Sequence record: NZ_CP088228.1
DNA: 64,000 nucleotides
Direction: 5' to 3' (one strand)
Source of the DNA: a plasmid
Made by a program: the position numbers and the translations under genes. This document shows, piece after piece, positions 1-8,548 of this stretch (position 1 is its first letter; every line of letters begins with the position of its first letter). The notes below the pieces were generated by a model. The model made no database searches. It saw only the letters and a program-made list of their open reading frames with translations, and was not told the origin of the DNA.

Positions 1-408
1 CACACCGATGGTCAGACGGGTACAGTCATACACGTGCTGGCGCAGCTGCCGGCCGAAATCCTCAAGATCCATGCAGTGCTCCACGCCTGTCAGGTCAAGG
101 AACATCTCGTCGATCGAATACTGTTCCACCCTGGGGGCCAGCTCCTCCAGGCAGTTCATCACGCGCGCCGACATCGAGGCGTAAAGCTCATAATTGCTTG
201 AAAAACAGTATATTTGTTCCGGGTAAAGCTCGTTCTTTATCTGGAACCACGGGGTGCCCATTTTGATCCAGGGCTTCGCCTCGGCGCTGCGTGCGATCAC
301 ATTTCCGTCGTTGTTGCTCAGGACGACGATCGGCTTTCCTTTCAAATCCGGGCGGAAAACGCGTTCGCAGCTGGCATAAAAGCTGTTCACATCGGCCAGG
401 GCAAACAT
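1..408 (-). CDS. umuC: UmuC (Y-family error-prone polymerase subunit), N-terminal portion; gene runs off window start
   Basis: Reverse complement from ATG at 406-408 reads [26 protein letters not shown]..., a canonical UmuC N-terminus; ATGA overlap with umuD stop; frame open to position 1. Confidence 0.85.
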   Translation of the reverse strand, partial: MFALADVNSFYASCERVFRPDLKGKPIVVLSNNDGNVIARSAEAKPWIKMGTPWFQIKNELYPEQIYCFSSNYELYASMSARVMNCLEELAPRVEQYSIDEMFLDLTGVEHCMDLEDFGRQLRQHVYDCTRLTIGV

Positions 409-839
409 CAGTACATCTCCCTCGGGCGGTGGATGATGTGCGTGACGACGCCAAAGATATCCAGATCGTCCGGGTCGGGATAAATCGGCGACCAGGCGGC
501 GTTCATTGGCTGCAGCGTCAGTCGTGGCGTCAGCAGAAGCCGTTTAACCGTAAACTCCCCCTGCACGCTGGCCACAACAATATCGCCGTGCCGGGGCTTC
601 TCTGCACTGTCCACAACCAGCAGATCGCCATTGTAAAGGCTGCCGTCGGACATGCTGTCACCGCTGGCACGGAGATAGTAAGTCGCGCTCGGGTGCCGTA
701 TGCAGTAATCATGGAGATCCAGGTCGGACTCGACATAGTCAGCGGCAGGGCTGGGAAAACCGCAGCTGGCCAGGTCTGCAAACAACGGATGGGCCTGTGG
801 CGGGAGTGCTTTCCCGGTGCTGAAAAACTGCAGTTTCAT
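408..839 (-). CDS. umuD: UmuD (LexA-like S24 peptidase, SOS mutagenesis)
   Basis: 143-aa ORF with S24 peptidase features (...[10 protein letters not shown]...VKRL...); immediately precedes umuC with overlapping stop/start. Confidence 0.85.
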   Translation of the reverse strand: MKLQFFSTGKALPPQAHPLFADLASCGFPSPAADYVESDLDLHDYCIRHPSATYYLRASGDSMSDGSLYNGDLLVVDSAEKPRHGDIVVASVQGEFTVKRLLLTPRLTLQPMNAAWSPIYPDPDDLDIFGVVTHIIHRPREMY

Positions 840-861
840 CTTTCCTCCTGACGTCTAAATA

Positions 862-881
862 TACTGGTTATGCATACAGTA
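862..881. promoter_or_regulatory. LexA (SOS) box upstream of umuD
   Basis: tactggttatgcatacagta = CTG-N10-CAG palindrome matching SOS-box consensus, 23 bp upstream of umuD start. Confidence 0.75.
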
Positions 882-927
882 TATTTAACAGCGCGAGGAT
901 AATCCAGATCACCTGCTTCATGAACAG

Positions 928-1000
928 GGTGAGTAACCTAAGTTACTCAAAATGCTATTTACCCTCATTGTGAGATTTTTAAATTACTCACAATGAGAAA
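928..1000. promoter_or_regulatory. Inverted-repeat operator/centromere-like sites upstream of parM
   Basis: Two inverted repeats, gagtaacctaagttactc and ctcattgtgag-N15-ctcacaatgag, in the parM leader; candidate ParR-binding/parC-like sites. Confidence 0.4.
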
Positions 1001-1068
1001 ATAAGGCTTTTGTTTTGCCATTTTGCTCTTATAATATGTATCAAATTGAGTTTAATTAACGGAGCATA

Positions 1069-2043
1069 ATGATGAATATTTACTGCGATGATGGTTCAAC
1101 TAATGTTAAGCTGGCATGGTTTGAAGGAAACGAGCTGCAGACCCGGGTTTCAGCTAACTCCTTCCGGCATGGCTGGAAAGTGGCGGAATTCAGTGCCGCA
1201 ACGTTCAACTATCAGGTGGGCACGCTGAAATACACCTGGGACAGCGTCAGCCGGGATGCCATCCCGACGACAAACGTGGAATACCAGTACGGTGATCTCA
1301 ACCTGCTGGCCGTGCATCATGCCCTGCTGAACAGCGGACTTGAGCCGCAGCCGGTGAGCCTGACCGTGACGCTGCCCCTGAGCGAGTATTATGACGGGGA
1401 CTGCCAGCGGAACGAGGAGAACATCCGACGCAAACGGGAAAACCTGATGCGTGAGCTGGTTCTGAATAAGGGCAGGGCATTTACCGTAACGGACGTGAAG
1501 GTAATGCCGGAATCACTGCCGGCGGCGTTCTCCCGTCTCGCCGAGCTGAAGCCCGGACCCGCTGAGACCACACTGATTATCGATCTCGGCGGAACCACGC
1601 TCGATGCCGGCGTGATTGTCGGACAGTTTGATGATATCAGTGCGGTACACGGCAATCCGTCTGTCGGCGTGTCACAGGTCACCCGCGCAGCTGCAGGCGC
1701 GCTGCGGGCTGCAGACAGCGAAACCAGCGCGCTTATTGCTGACACGGTCATCCGCAACCGCAATGATCGTCAGTATCTGCAGCGAGTGATCAACGATGCC
1801 GGAAAAATTGACGATGTTCTGAACAAAATTACAGAGGCAATCACTTCCCTGGGCGCGCGCGTCACCAGTGAGCTGACGGCCTTCAGGAACGTTAACCGGG
1901 TATTCCTGGTCGGGGGAGGGGCATCCCTCATTGAAGAGGCTATCCGTCAGGCCTGGCCTCTGGCTCCTGACCGTATCGAGGTTATCGGCGATCCGCAGCT
2001 GGCGCTGGCCAGAGAGATTGCCCTTTACAATAAAGAGGACTAA
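1069..2043 (+). CDS. parM: ParM/StbA actin-like plasmid segregation ATPase
   Basis: 324 aa; N-terminus IYCDDGSTNVKLAW and overall collinearity with R1 ParM/StbA (DGSTN, VMPES, IIDLGGTTLD motifs). Confidence 0.85.
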   Translation: MMNIYCDDGSTNVKLAWFEGNELQTRVSANSFRHGWKVAEFSAATFNYQVGTLKYTWDSVSRDAIPTTNVEYQYGDLNLLAVHHALLNSGLEPQPVSLTVTLPLSEYYDGDCQRNEENIRRKRENLMRELVLNKGRAFTVTDVKVMPESLPAAFSRLAELKPGPAETTLIIDLGGTTLDAGVIVGQFDDISAVHGNPSVGVSQVTRAAAGALRAADSETSALIADTVIRNRNDRQYLQRVINDAGKIDDVLNKITEAITSLGARVTSELTAFRNVNRVFLVGGGASLIEEAIRQAWPLAPDRIEVIGDPQLALAREIALYNKED

Positions 2044-2045
2044 AC

Positions 2046-2708
2046 GTGCCGGACGGCCAGTATTCTTTCTATCTGCACAGCGACGATCGCACCGACATCG
2101 CGGCGATGGCGACCATCAGCACCATCTCACAGCCCCTGCGTGGTGACTTCATCCGGACCGCCGTCACCGCTGGGGCGGTGATGTACCAGACGGATGCACG
2201 TTTACCGGCGCTGATCCCGGTGTTCTTTGACGGGTATCTGAGCGCCATCCGGCTTTGTGCCGTGATGGCGCTGGTATCCGGCACCTGGTCTTCACTCTCA
2301 GGACTTCCTGATGAGCCTGATGGTGGCGTGGCGGCTCTGGCCATGTCACCGGAGACGGAATACCAGCGCCGGCGTTACACCCTGACGCTTCAGGATGACC
2401 GGAGCAGTGAACGGGTTGAGCGTGTGCTGACGGGCGTGTCATCCCGCCTGCGCGGAGAGCTGCTGAGAAACCTGATTATCACCGGTCTGGCCCTGCATAC
2501 GACCGCACCGGAGCTGCCGCGTCTGCTGGCCAGTATGCCGGTACCGCCCGGCACGGTCAGCGAGCTGCAGGTTCTGGTTCAGCAGATGGCTGGTACGGCT
2601 GACGTGAGTATGGCTGCAGTGCCGGAGAAACCAGCGGAGCCTGCCGCACCGGTATCCGCTGAAGCGACCAGGATAAAGAAAAATATGCGCCGGGCATTCG
2701 GAGACTAG
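2046..2708 (+). CDS. Putative ParR-like partner protein of ParM (hypothetical, Ala-rich)
   Basis: 220-aa ORF 2 bp after parM stop; position suggests the adaptor gene but no recognisable ParR motif. Confidence 0.4.
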   Translation: MPDGQYSFYLHSDDRTDIAAMATISTISQPLRGDFIRTAVTAGAVMYQTDARLPALIPVFFDGYLSAIRLCAVMALVSGTWSSLSGLPDEPDGGVAALAMSPETEYQRRRYTLTLQDDRSSERVERVLTGVSSRLRGELLRNLIITGLALHTTAPELPRLLASMPVPPGTVSELQVLVQQMAGTADVSMAAVPEKPAEPAAPVSAEATRIKKNMRRAFGD

Positions 2709-2711
2709 AGC

Positions 2712-2975
2712 ATGCCAGTGATTAAACAAAAAGCAGAGCAGTGCATTCATAACTTTCTGCGCGCCCGGAACGTGCCTGAATCTCAGTGGCCGGAGCGGGT
2801 AAAAAAGACCGGCAGGGGAATGATACTGGCAGGCGTGGCCGTCGTGGTTCCCGGTGTTCTGGTTGATAATATCTCCCTGCCGGTGACAATTGCGATGCAG
2901 GTCTGCTACGCCTCGCTGATCGGCCTCGGTGTTCTCCTGGCGTTTGACGATAAAAAGCCGAAGAACCGATCCTGA
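2712..2975 (+). CDS. Small hypothetical membrane protein
   Basis: 87-aa ORF with one hydrophobic segment directly after previous stop. Confidence 0.3.
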   Translation: MPVIKQKAEQCIHNFLRARNVPESQWPERVKKTGRGMILAGVAVVVPGVLVDNISLPVTIAMQVCYASLIGLGVLLAFDDKKPKNRS

Positions 2976-3119
2976 GCAGGAACATCATTCAGAATGGTAA
3001 CCAGACAGCCCGGGAGGGACTGATGCAAAAGGTTAAGAGAACGGGGCTGACGCTGGCGGAGGCCAGCGAGCTGTTGAACTGTCAGGACATAAGGGAGATG
3101 AACACAATGAGGAAGACAA

Positions 3120-3500
3120 ATGAAGTGTAATACTGCAATTTTGTTTGTGGCGCTCACACTGGCAATGCCTGGTGCTGTGAATGCCGCAGCCACAGTGGCG
3201 GTTCTTGACCAGATGGCCACGAAAAAGCAAAAGGAACGTGAAGACCAGCTCGAAGCCGTGGAACGTGATGCTTTGGCACAGCCAGATGCATGGAAAGCGT
3301 ATCTACAGGTGTCTGACGCAGTGCCTGCTGATGCTCCCATCATGCTGCAAAACCGCTACCGCAGCCTCGCCATTTCACTGGCACTGAAGGCTGCAATGGC
3401 CTGTTCGTCAGACGCTCTCAAGCTTCTCGAGCGTAACGACGTAATTGAGTTTCGCGTACTCCGATCATCGTTAGTCTCAGCCTGCAAAACAGCTAAATAA
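3120..3500 (+). CDS. Hypothetical secreted protein (signal peptide)
   Basis: 126 aa; N-terminus MKCNTAILFVALTLAMPGAVNAAA is a typical Sec signal; helical charged mature part. Confidence 0.5.
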   Translation: MKCNTAILFVALTLAMPGAVNAAATVAVLDQMATKKQKEREDQLEAVERDALAQPDAWKAYLQVSDAVPADAPIMLQNRYRSLAISLALKAAMACSSDALKLLERNDVIEFRVLRSSLVSACKTAK

Positions 3501-3673
3501 GTTTCGTGCCAGCTGCCCACTTCCAGATTCCAATGTTCGGCTGGCATTCTCTCAATCCTGTAACCCTCTGTCCTGCATTGTCCTCTTCAGGACAAAAAAA
3601 ACGGCAGGGTGACATCTTATCCCTGCCGTCAAAACTAATCGCTTAATTTTTCGGCGATTATAATGTATTGTTT

Positions 3674-3689
3674 TGTGATGTAAATCACA
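3674..3689. promoter_or_regulatory. CRP-like binding site
   Basis: tgtgatgtaaatcaca = TGTGA-N6-TCACA perfect half-sites in AT-rich region upstream of repeat B1. Confidence 0.35.
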
Positions 3690-3743
3690 TTTTTATTTAA
3701 TGTGAAATTTTCCCTTCGCTTTATATCTCCCGTAAGAAATTAC

Positions 3744-3930
3744 CCGCCGTGCCTTCACGCTAACCCGGCCGCTGCGGTCGCAAGGGTTCACGTTGTCTCC
3801 GTCCTCACCCGTTCGCGCCCTGCACGGTGCATTCAGCCCGTGAAGGGCTTGCGCTGCGGCTTCGGCGTCGCCCTGGCGTCCTCCGCTTTACGCCGTGTTT
3901 TTGTGGCGGCACGGCGCAAGAGGGTGCCGG
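3744..3930 (+). repeat. GC-rich ~190-bp leading-region repeat, family B copy 1 (ssi/Frpo-like candidate)
   Basis: Near-identical copies at 4728-4916 and 6470-6652; conserved 10-bp stem/10-nt loop (cacggtgcattcagcccgtg core) plus complementary termini; ends about 18 bp before ORF 3948. Confidence 0.7.
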
Positions 3931-3947
3931 ATGCTGAGGACACAACC

Positions 3948-4415
3948 ATGTTCAGACTGACCTGTATTGAACTCGATAACGGCGAGTTTGCCGTCTATAT
4001 CAATCACCATTACCTGGGGAGTGAAGATGCCAGCGGAGAGCGACTTTCTCTGGGGGAGGTTCTGGAGCAGCTCTCCCTGCTGCCGGGCGTGGAATTACAG
4101 ACCCTGCTGGAACCCGTACCGGAGTGCGATGACTGGTGCTGGAACGACATCGCCGATCGCGTCCTGCCGTCGCGTCCTGCATGTCGTGATGATGTGACGG
4201 TGGCAGGGCTCATCGCCAGGCTGAAGCAGTACCCACCGGATGCACTGTGTATGGGGACGTTCTGGCTGGAAGATGATTTTCTGTCGCTTGATGACAGTCT
4301 GTCGGAGGAAGAAATTGCAGAAGCCATGCGTATCTGCGACCACAGCCACGATGCAGGCATCGGTTTTAACTGGGACACGCTGCAGTTCGCTATCGACCAC
4401 GTGAAGGGGCGCTGA
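3948..4415 (+). CDS. Hypothetical acidic protein (155 aa) downstream of repeat B1
   Basis: ORF with ATG at 3948 (MFRLTCIELDNGEF...); about 21 percent Asp+Glu. Confidence 0.55.
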   Translation: MFRLTCIELDNGEFAVYINHHYLGSEDASGERLSLGEVLEQLSLLPGVELQTLLEPVPECDDWCWNDIADRVLPSRPACRDDVTVAGLIARLKQYPPDALCMGTFWLEDDFLSLDDSLSEEEIAEAMRICDHSHDAGIGFNWDTLQFAIDHVKGR

Positions 4416-4727
4416 AAAAAAGGACACCATCCGGGGAGGGGGTGTCCTGAAGCCATGCAATTCGTTACAGGTGAAAACCCTTAAGATGTTTTCGGCACTG
4501 ATAATCACATAATCACTTCGCACTTTCACCTGCCATATATCCGACTCAAAAAAAAGACGTCTCCGGTTGGGGACGTCCTGAAATCAAAGGCACACATGTC
4601 AGATAATGGCGCGAATCCATTATCAGTGTGCATTCTGCCATACACTCACGGACTCATCAGCTACCAGAACCGGTACCGAAGGATGTCGGTTCCCTCCGCC
4701 TTATTGCCGCCAGCCGGCGGCGTGTTC

Positions 4728-4916
4728 TACGCCGTGCCTTCACGCTAACCCGGCCGCTGTGGTCGCAAGGGTTCACGTTGTCTCCGTCCTCACCCGTTCG
4801 CACCTTTCACGGTGCATTCAGCCCGTGAAAGGCTTGCGCTGCGGCTTGCGGCGTCGCCCCTGCGCCCTCCGCTTTTCGCCGGGTTTTTGTGGCGGCACGG
4901 CGCAACAGGGTGCCGC
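4728..4916 (+). repeat. Family B repeat copy 2
   Basis: Aligns with 3744-3930 and 6470-6652; precedes methyltransferase gene. Confidence 0.7.
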
Positions 4917-4937
4917 ATATCAGAGAGGAGTGTGTCT

Positions 4938-5630
4938 ATGTCCCGTTTTATTCTGGGTGACTGCGTGCAGGTGATGTCCCGTTTTCCGGCGCGTGCCGTC
5001 GATTTTATTCTTACCGATCCACCGTACCTGGTTGGCTATAAGGACCGTACCGGCCGCACCCTGGCCGGGGACAACTCTGCCGAATGGCTCCAGCCCGCCT
5101 GTCATGAAATGTACCGCGTGCTGAAAAATGACAGCCTGATGGTGAGTTTCTATGCCTGGAACCGCGCGGATCTGTTTCTGAATGCGTGGAAAACGGCCGG
5201 TTTCCGGGTGGTTGGCCATATCGTCTTTGCCAAGAGCTACGCCTCAAAATCGACGTTCGTGGGTTACACCCATGAGAGCGCCTACCTGCTGGCGAAGGGA
5301 AGGCCGCAAACCCCGGACCGTCCCATCCCGGACGTGATCCCCTGGAAATACACGGGCAACCGACACCATCCGACGGAGAAGCCGGTGCAGAGCCTGCGGC
5401 CGCTGATTGAATCGCTCACGCGTCCGGGGGCTATTGTCCTTGACCCGTTCGCCGGAAGCGGCTCCACCTGCGTGGCCGCCGCCGAAGCCAGCCGCCGCTA
5501 TATCGGGATCGAGATGCTTGAGCAGTACCACGCCGCCGGCGTTCGACGTCTGGCACAGGTTGAACGGGCAAGAAGGATGCCGGCGGCCAATGACGGCGCG
5601 TTTTACCCCGACTATCCGGAGGCGGCATGA
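4938..5630 (+). CDS. Orphan beta-class N6-adenine (or N4-C) DNA methyltransferase
   Basis: 230 aa; motif IV DPPY (ILTDPPYLVGYKD) precedes motif I FAGSGST, the beta-class order; no adjacent endonuclease. Confidence 0.8.
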   Translation: MSRFILGDCVQVMSRFPARAVDFILTDPPYLVGYKDRTGRTLAGDNSAEWLQPACHEMYRVLKNDSLMVSFYAWNRADLFLNAWKTAGFRVVGHIVFAKSYASKSTFVGYTHESAYLLAKGRPQTPDRPIPDVIPWKYTGNRHHPTEKPVQSLRPLIESLTRPGAIVLDPFAGSGSTCVAAAEASRRYIGIEMLEQYHAAGVRRLAQVERARRMPAANDGAFYPDYPEAA

Positions 5631-5848
5631 ACTACCCGGGCCTTGAAAACCTGCGCGCGGACGTGGCCGCGCTCAGCAATGCCATGTGTGACGTGCGGAT
5701 GCTGCTGAACCGCCTCGAATCGCAGCACCGGCACGACGCGGCAACGCTTACCGAACGTATGGCTGCGCAGACTCTGCGCCGGATCAACACCCTGCTTCTT
5801 GAAGCCTACCGCGAAGCCCTGGTGCTGGACGAAACCTTTCAGGACTGA
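5627..5848 (+). CDS. Small hypothetical protein (73 aa) translationally coupled to methyltransferase
   Basis: ATGA overlap with MTase stop. Confidence 0.45.
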   Translation: MNYPGLENLRADVAALSNAMCDVRMLLNRLESQHRHDAATLTERMAAQTLRRINTLLLEAYREALVLDETFQD

Positions 5849-5903
5849 CTGACCCTGCCGGGCTGATGCCCGGTCTGTAACCCCTTACAAGAGAGAACAA
5901 ACG

Positions 5904-6326
5904 ATGTACGGAACCCGCGAAGAACTTTGTGTACAGCTTGAAAACATGTTCACGTCTGACGAACCCCTGGTCCTGCTGGTCTGGACGGAAGAGGGGATTA
6001 GCGTGGCCTGCCGTGAAGCCCAGCCAGAACCGGACGGGACTGAAATCCGGAATCTGATGAAGGCGATCGGCGAAATGAAAATGACGCAATACCGCCAGGA
6101 GGGGGTAAATAATCTGACTGTCAGCGATCTCCTGGCCCGTCAGCGGGAAGTGGCAAACCGTCAGGTGAGTGTTCCGGCGGTACTCCTGTCCCGCGTCCTG
6201 CGTAACTATGAATGCGAGCTGGAAAACCGGATCGGTATGGCCTGGGAAGCCGGGCGGCAGGAGCCTGAATCCGTCAGGAATGAGCTGAAGGACGTTCACG
6301 CATTACAGGAGACGCTGGCCGCGTAA
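5904..6326 (+). CDS. Hypothetical acidic protein (140 aa)
   Basis: ORF with RBS-like spacing; Glu-rich. Confidence 0.5.
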   Translation: MYGTREELCVQLENMFTSDEPLVLLVWTEEGISVACREAQPEPDGTEIRNLMKAIGEMKMTQYRQEGVNNLTVSDLLARQREVANRQVSVPAVLLSRVLRNYECELENRIGMAWEAGRQEPESVRNELKDVHALQETLAA

Positions 6327-6469
6327 GGGAGAGAGCCGGGGTAACGCCCCGGCAACCGGTGGCCATCCACTGCGAAAAGGATGTCAGTGCCTTCCGCTTT
6401 TATCCGCCGCTGCCCTCCGGGCCACGTCGGGACAATGAAACTCCCCTGAAGCTCCGTGCGGTGACGGCA

Positions 6470-6652
6470 TGCGCCGTGACTTCACTGTAGCCCGGCCGCA
6501 TCGGCCACAAGGGTTCGCTTACGCCTCCGTCCTCACCCGTTCGCACCCTTCACGGTGCATTCAGCCCGTGAAGGCTTTGCGCTGCGGCTTGCGGCGTCGC
6601 CCCTGTGTCCTCCGCTTTTCGCCGGTCTGTCGTGTCGTCACGGCGATGCCGG
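6470..6652 (+). repeat. Family B repeat copy 3
   Basis: Aligns with copies 1 and 2; precedes klcA. Confidence 0.7.
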
Positions 6653-6682
6653 AACCGAGAATATGTTAACCGTGGAGGATCT

Positions 6683-7111
6683 ATGAACCAGACCGTGACC
6701 TGTGATGCTGTTCGTCTTGAGGGTGCGCAGCGCCTGACTTTCCTGCCTGATTTGTTTGGCGGCGATTTTATGACGTCCGAGGCATCCGTGTACGCCTATG
6801 CCCAGCGTTACTGCCCTGAGTATCAGGGGGGATTCTGGCAGTTTTACCGGCTGCCGGAAGGTGGCGGATATATGGCGCCTGACGTGGAGAGCCTGACCCT
6901 GTGCAAACCGGACAACTGGTTTGAGCAGACTGTCAGCGGGGAAGTGGCGGGGATCATTCTCACGGCGCTGGTACTGAATCACCGGAGCTGGCACCACAGC
7001 AACCATGACCATGAAGAGCTGTGCCGCCACTTCTGCCGCCGTTATGAGCAGCTTATGGCATTTGCTGATACCCATCCGGAAAGCGCCACGATCTGGCGTG
7101 CCCTTGACTGA
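6683..7111 (+). CDS. klcA: KlcA/ArdB-family antirestriction protein
   Basis: 142 aa; matches KlcA pattern RL.FLP..FG...M..EA.VYA......YCP.Y.GG.W.FY.L..GG.YMAPD. Confidence 0.8.
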   Translation: MNQTVTCDAVRLEGAQRLTFLPDLFGGDFMTSEASVYAYAQRYCPEYQGGFWQFYRLPEGGGYMAPDVESLTLCKPDNWFEQTVSGEVAGIILTALVLNHRSWHHSNHDHEELCRHFCRRYEQLMAFADTHPESATIWRALD

Positions 7112-7153
7112 CTGACCACGGGCGGCGATGCCGCCCGACTAAAGGAGAAAAAC

Positions 7154-7564
7154 ATGATTGGTACAGCAAAAGAGATCGCCATCGAAATGCTGCGTGATGA
7201 CGATAATGACGGCGAGAAATTTGTATTCGCCAGCTGGAGCCGGAACGATATTCGCGGTCTCTGCATTGACTGGGATCTCAGTGATGAAGAGATCGACGTG
7301 GTGATGGAAAGACTGGAGGCAGAGCTGTATCCCTCCGGATGTGTCCCTCTCATCTACAACATTGTTGAGATGATGGTGGAAGAAAAACGGAAACACCGTA
7401 ATGTCACCATTCCGGCTGCGGCGCTTGCGGTGGTGATGCAGCTTGCAGGGAAGGAAATGGAGCGTATCGCTGTATGCGCGGAGGATGGAGGCGGATCAGC
7501 GGCAGAAACCCTGAAAGAAGAAAATGACGTCATGTTGAGCCTGCGCGCGGCGCTCGATGCCTGA
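7154..7564 (+). CDS. Hypothetical highly acidic protein (136 aa)
   Basis: ORF 43 bp after klcA; about 27 percent Asp+Glu (DDDNDGEKF..., DLSDEEIDVVMERLEAEL). Confidence 0.5.
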   Translation: MIGTAKEIAIEMLRDDDNDGEKFVFASWSRNDIRGLCIDWDLSDEEIDVVMERLEAELYPSGCVPLIYNIVEMMVEEKRKHRNVTIPAAALAVVMQLAGKEMERIAVCAEDGGGSAAETLKEENDVMLSLRAALDA

Positions 7565-7613
7565 CTGAGAAACCGGAGGCATTGCCTCCGGAAACTGAAA
7601 AAAGGAGAACACC

Positions 7614-7811
7614 ATGCAACTGTCACCGGAAACCCGTAACATCCTGCGCCAGTATAAAACGCTCATCAACGAACGACGTCGCGAATCCGGACTCAGCCCC
7701 GTAACCACAGCGAAAGTGCTGGATGAGATCTGCGAATCGGCTACCCGCCAGTGCGCCGTCTATCTTTGCGGCCACTTCATTCTCCAGGGCGGACAGGGGG
7801 ATGGAAAGTAA
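7614..7811 (+). CDS. Small hypothetical protein (65 aa)
   Basis: ORF with upstream aaaggagaa RBS. Confidence 0.4.
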   Translation: MQLSPETRNILRQYKTLINERRRESGLSPVTTAKVLDEICESATRQCAVYLCGHFILQGGQGDGK

Positions 7812-7985
7812 ATAATCCGGGCGGGGCATAGGCGCCGCCTGTTCGCGCGCGAAAACCCTGTCATCCCTTCGGGCTGACGGACGGTAAGGCCAGCGCCTGC
7901 GGCGCCGCCCCCTCCCGCCCGGATGTAAGCCCGGAGAGATGCAGATGAAAGGCATTGTGAGGGCAAATTGTCACGGATACGGTCC

Positions 7986-8025
7986 TGCGTGGCGTGGCGT
8001 GGCGTGGCGTGGCGTGGCGTGGCGG
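7986..8025. repeat. Pentanucleotide tandem repeat (GGCGT)x~8
   Basis: gcgtggcgtggcgtggcgtggcgtggcgtggcg seen directly; immediately upstream of repeat A1. Confidence 0.9.
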
Positions 8026-8073
8026 CTCTGAAACCCGATCAGCAAATCCTCTGAAAACTCCTGAATCCCACTT

Positions 8074-8548
8074 CTGGCCCCCTTCGGCTCCCGGCCCGCG
8101 TGGCGGTCCGGTCGTCGAGCCCCACTCCGCCAGGTCGGCTGCTGACGCACCCGCCGGGCTCCGCCGAACCCGCAAGCGGTTTCGGGCTGACGCTAGGGTC
8201 TGATGGCTGAGGTCAACCCCCTGGCTTGCACCGGCCGGAGGCCGGGCCGCCCTGACCGCGCCGGCGGAGCCGTCGCTTTAAGGCCGCCACGCCGTTCCGA
8301 CGTGTCGGGTGCGTGCATCCTGTTCATCCGGTGAGGCCATCCCCCGTGCGTCCTCACGCGGAGGGCTGCTTGTAGCACCGTCGTGTCGTCATCCGAAGGG
8401 TGAAATGCACGCCGCCAAAACTTTTTGCGTGCCGCAAAAAGTTTTGTCTGCGCCCTTCTCCTGCCGCCCCGCCGTTGCTCCTTTTGCCCTTTGCCGCGAG
8501 AGAACTCACCAGGGAGATGGCCAGCCATCACCACAGGAGAAAACCAGG
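8074..8548 (+). repeat. GC-rich ~0.5-kb leading-region repeat, family A copy 1 (ssi/Frpo-like candidate)
   Basis: Highly similar copies at 13980-14517 and 17288-17827; each ends in caccacaggagaaaaccaggATG; similarity continues ~45 nt into the downstream ORF. Confidence 0.7.

Noticed and set aside
4606-4974. ORFs overlapping family-B repeat copies (3702-3947 N-terminal extension, 4606-4974, 6469-6669)
   Set aside because: These frames run through the structured repeat and are reproduced in each copy. The true downstream genes start at ATGs after the repeat, each with an RBS.
7986-8025. Possible CRISPR array or other spacer-repeat structure
   Set aside because: It is only a simple pentanucleotide microsatellite. 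No repeat-spacer periodicity of 25-40 bp occurs anywhere in the window.
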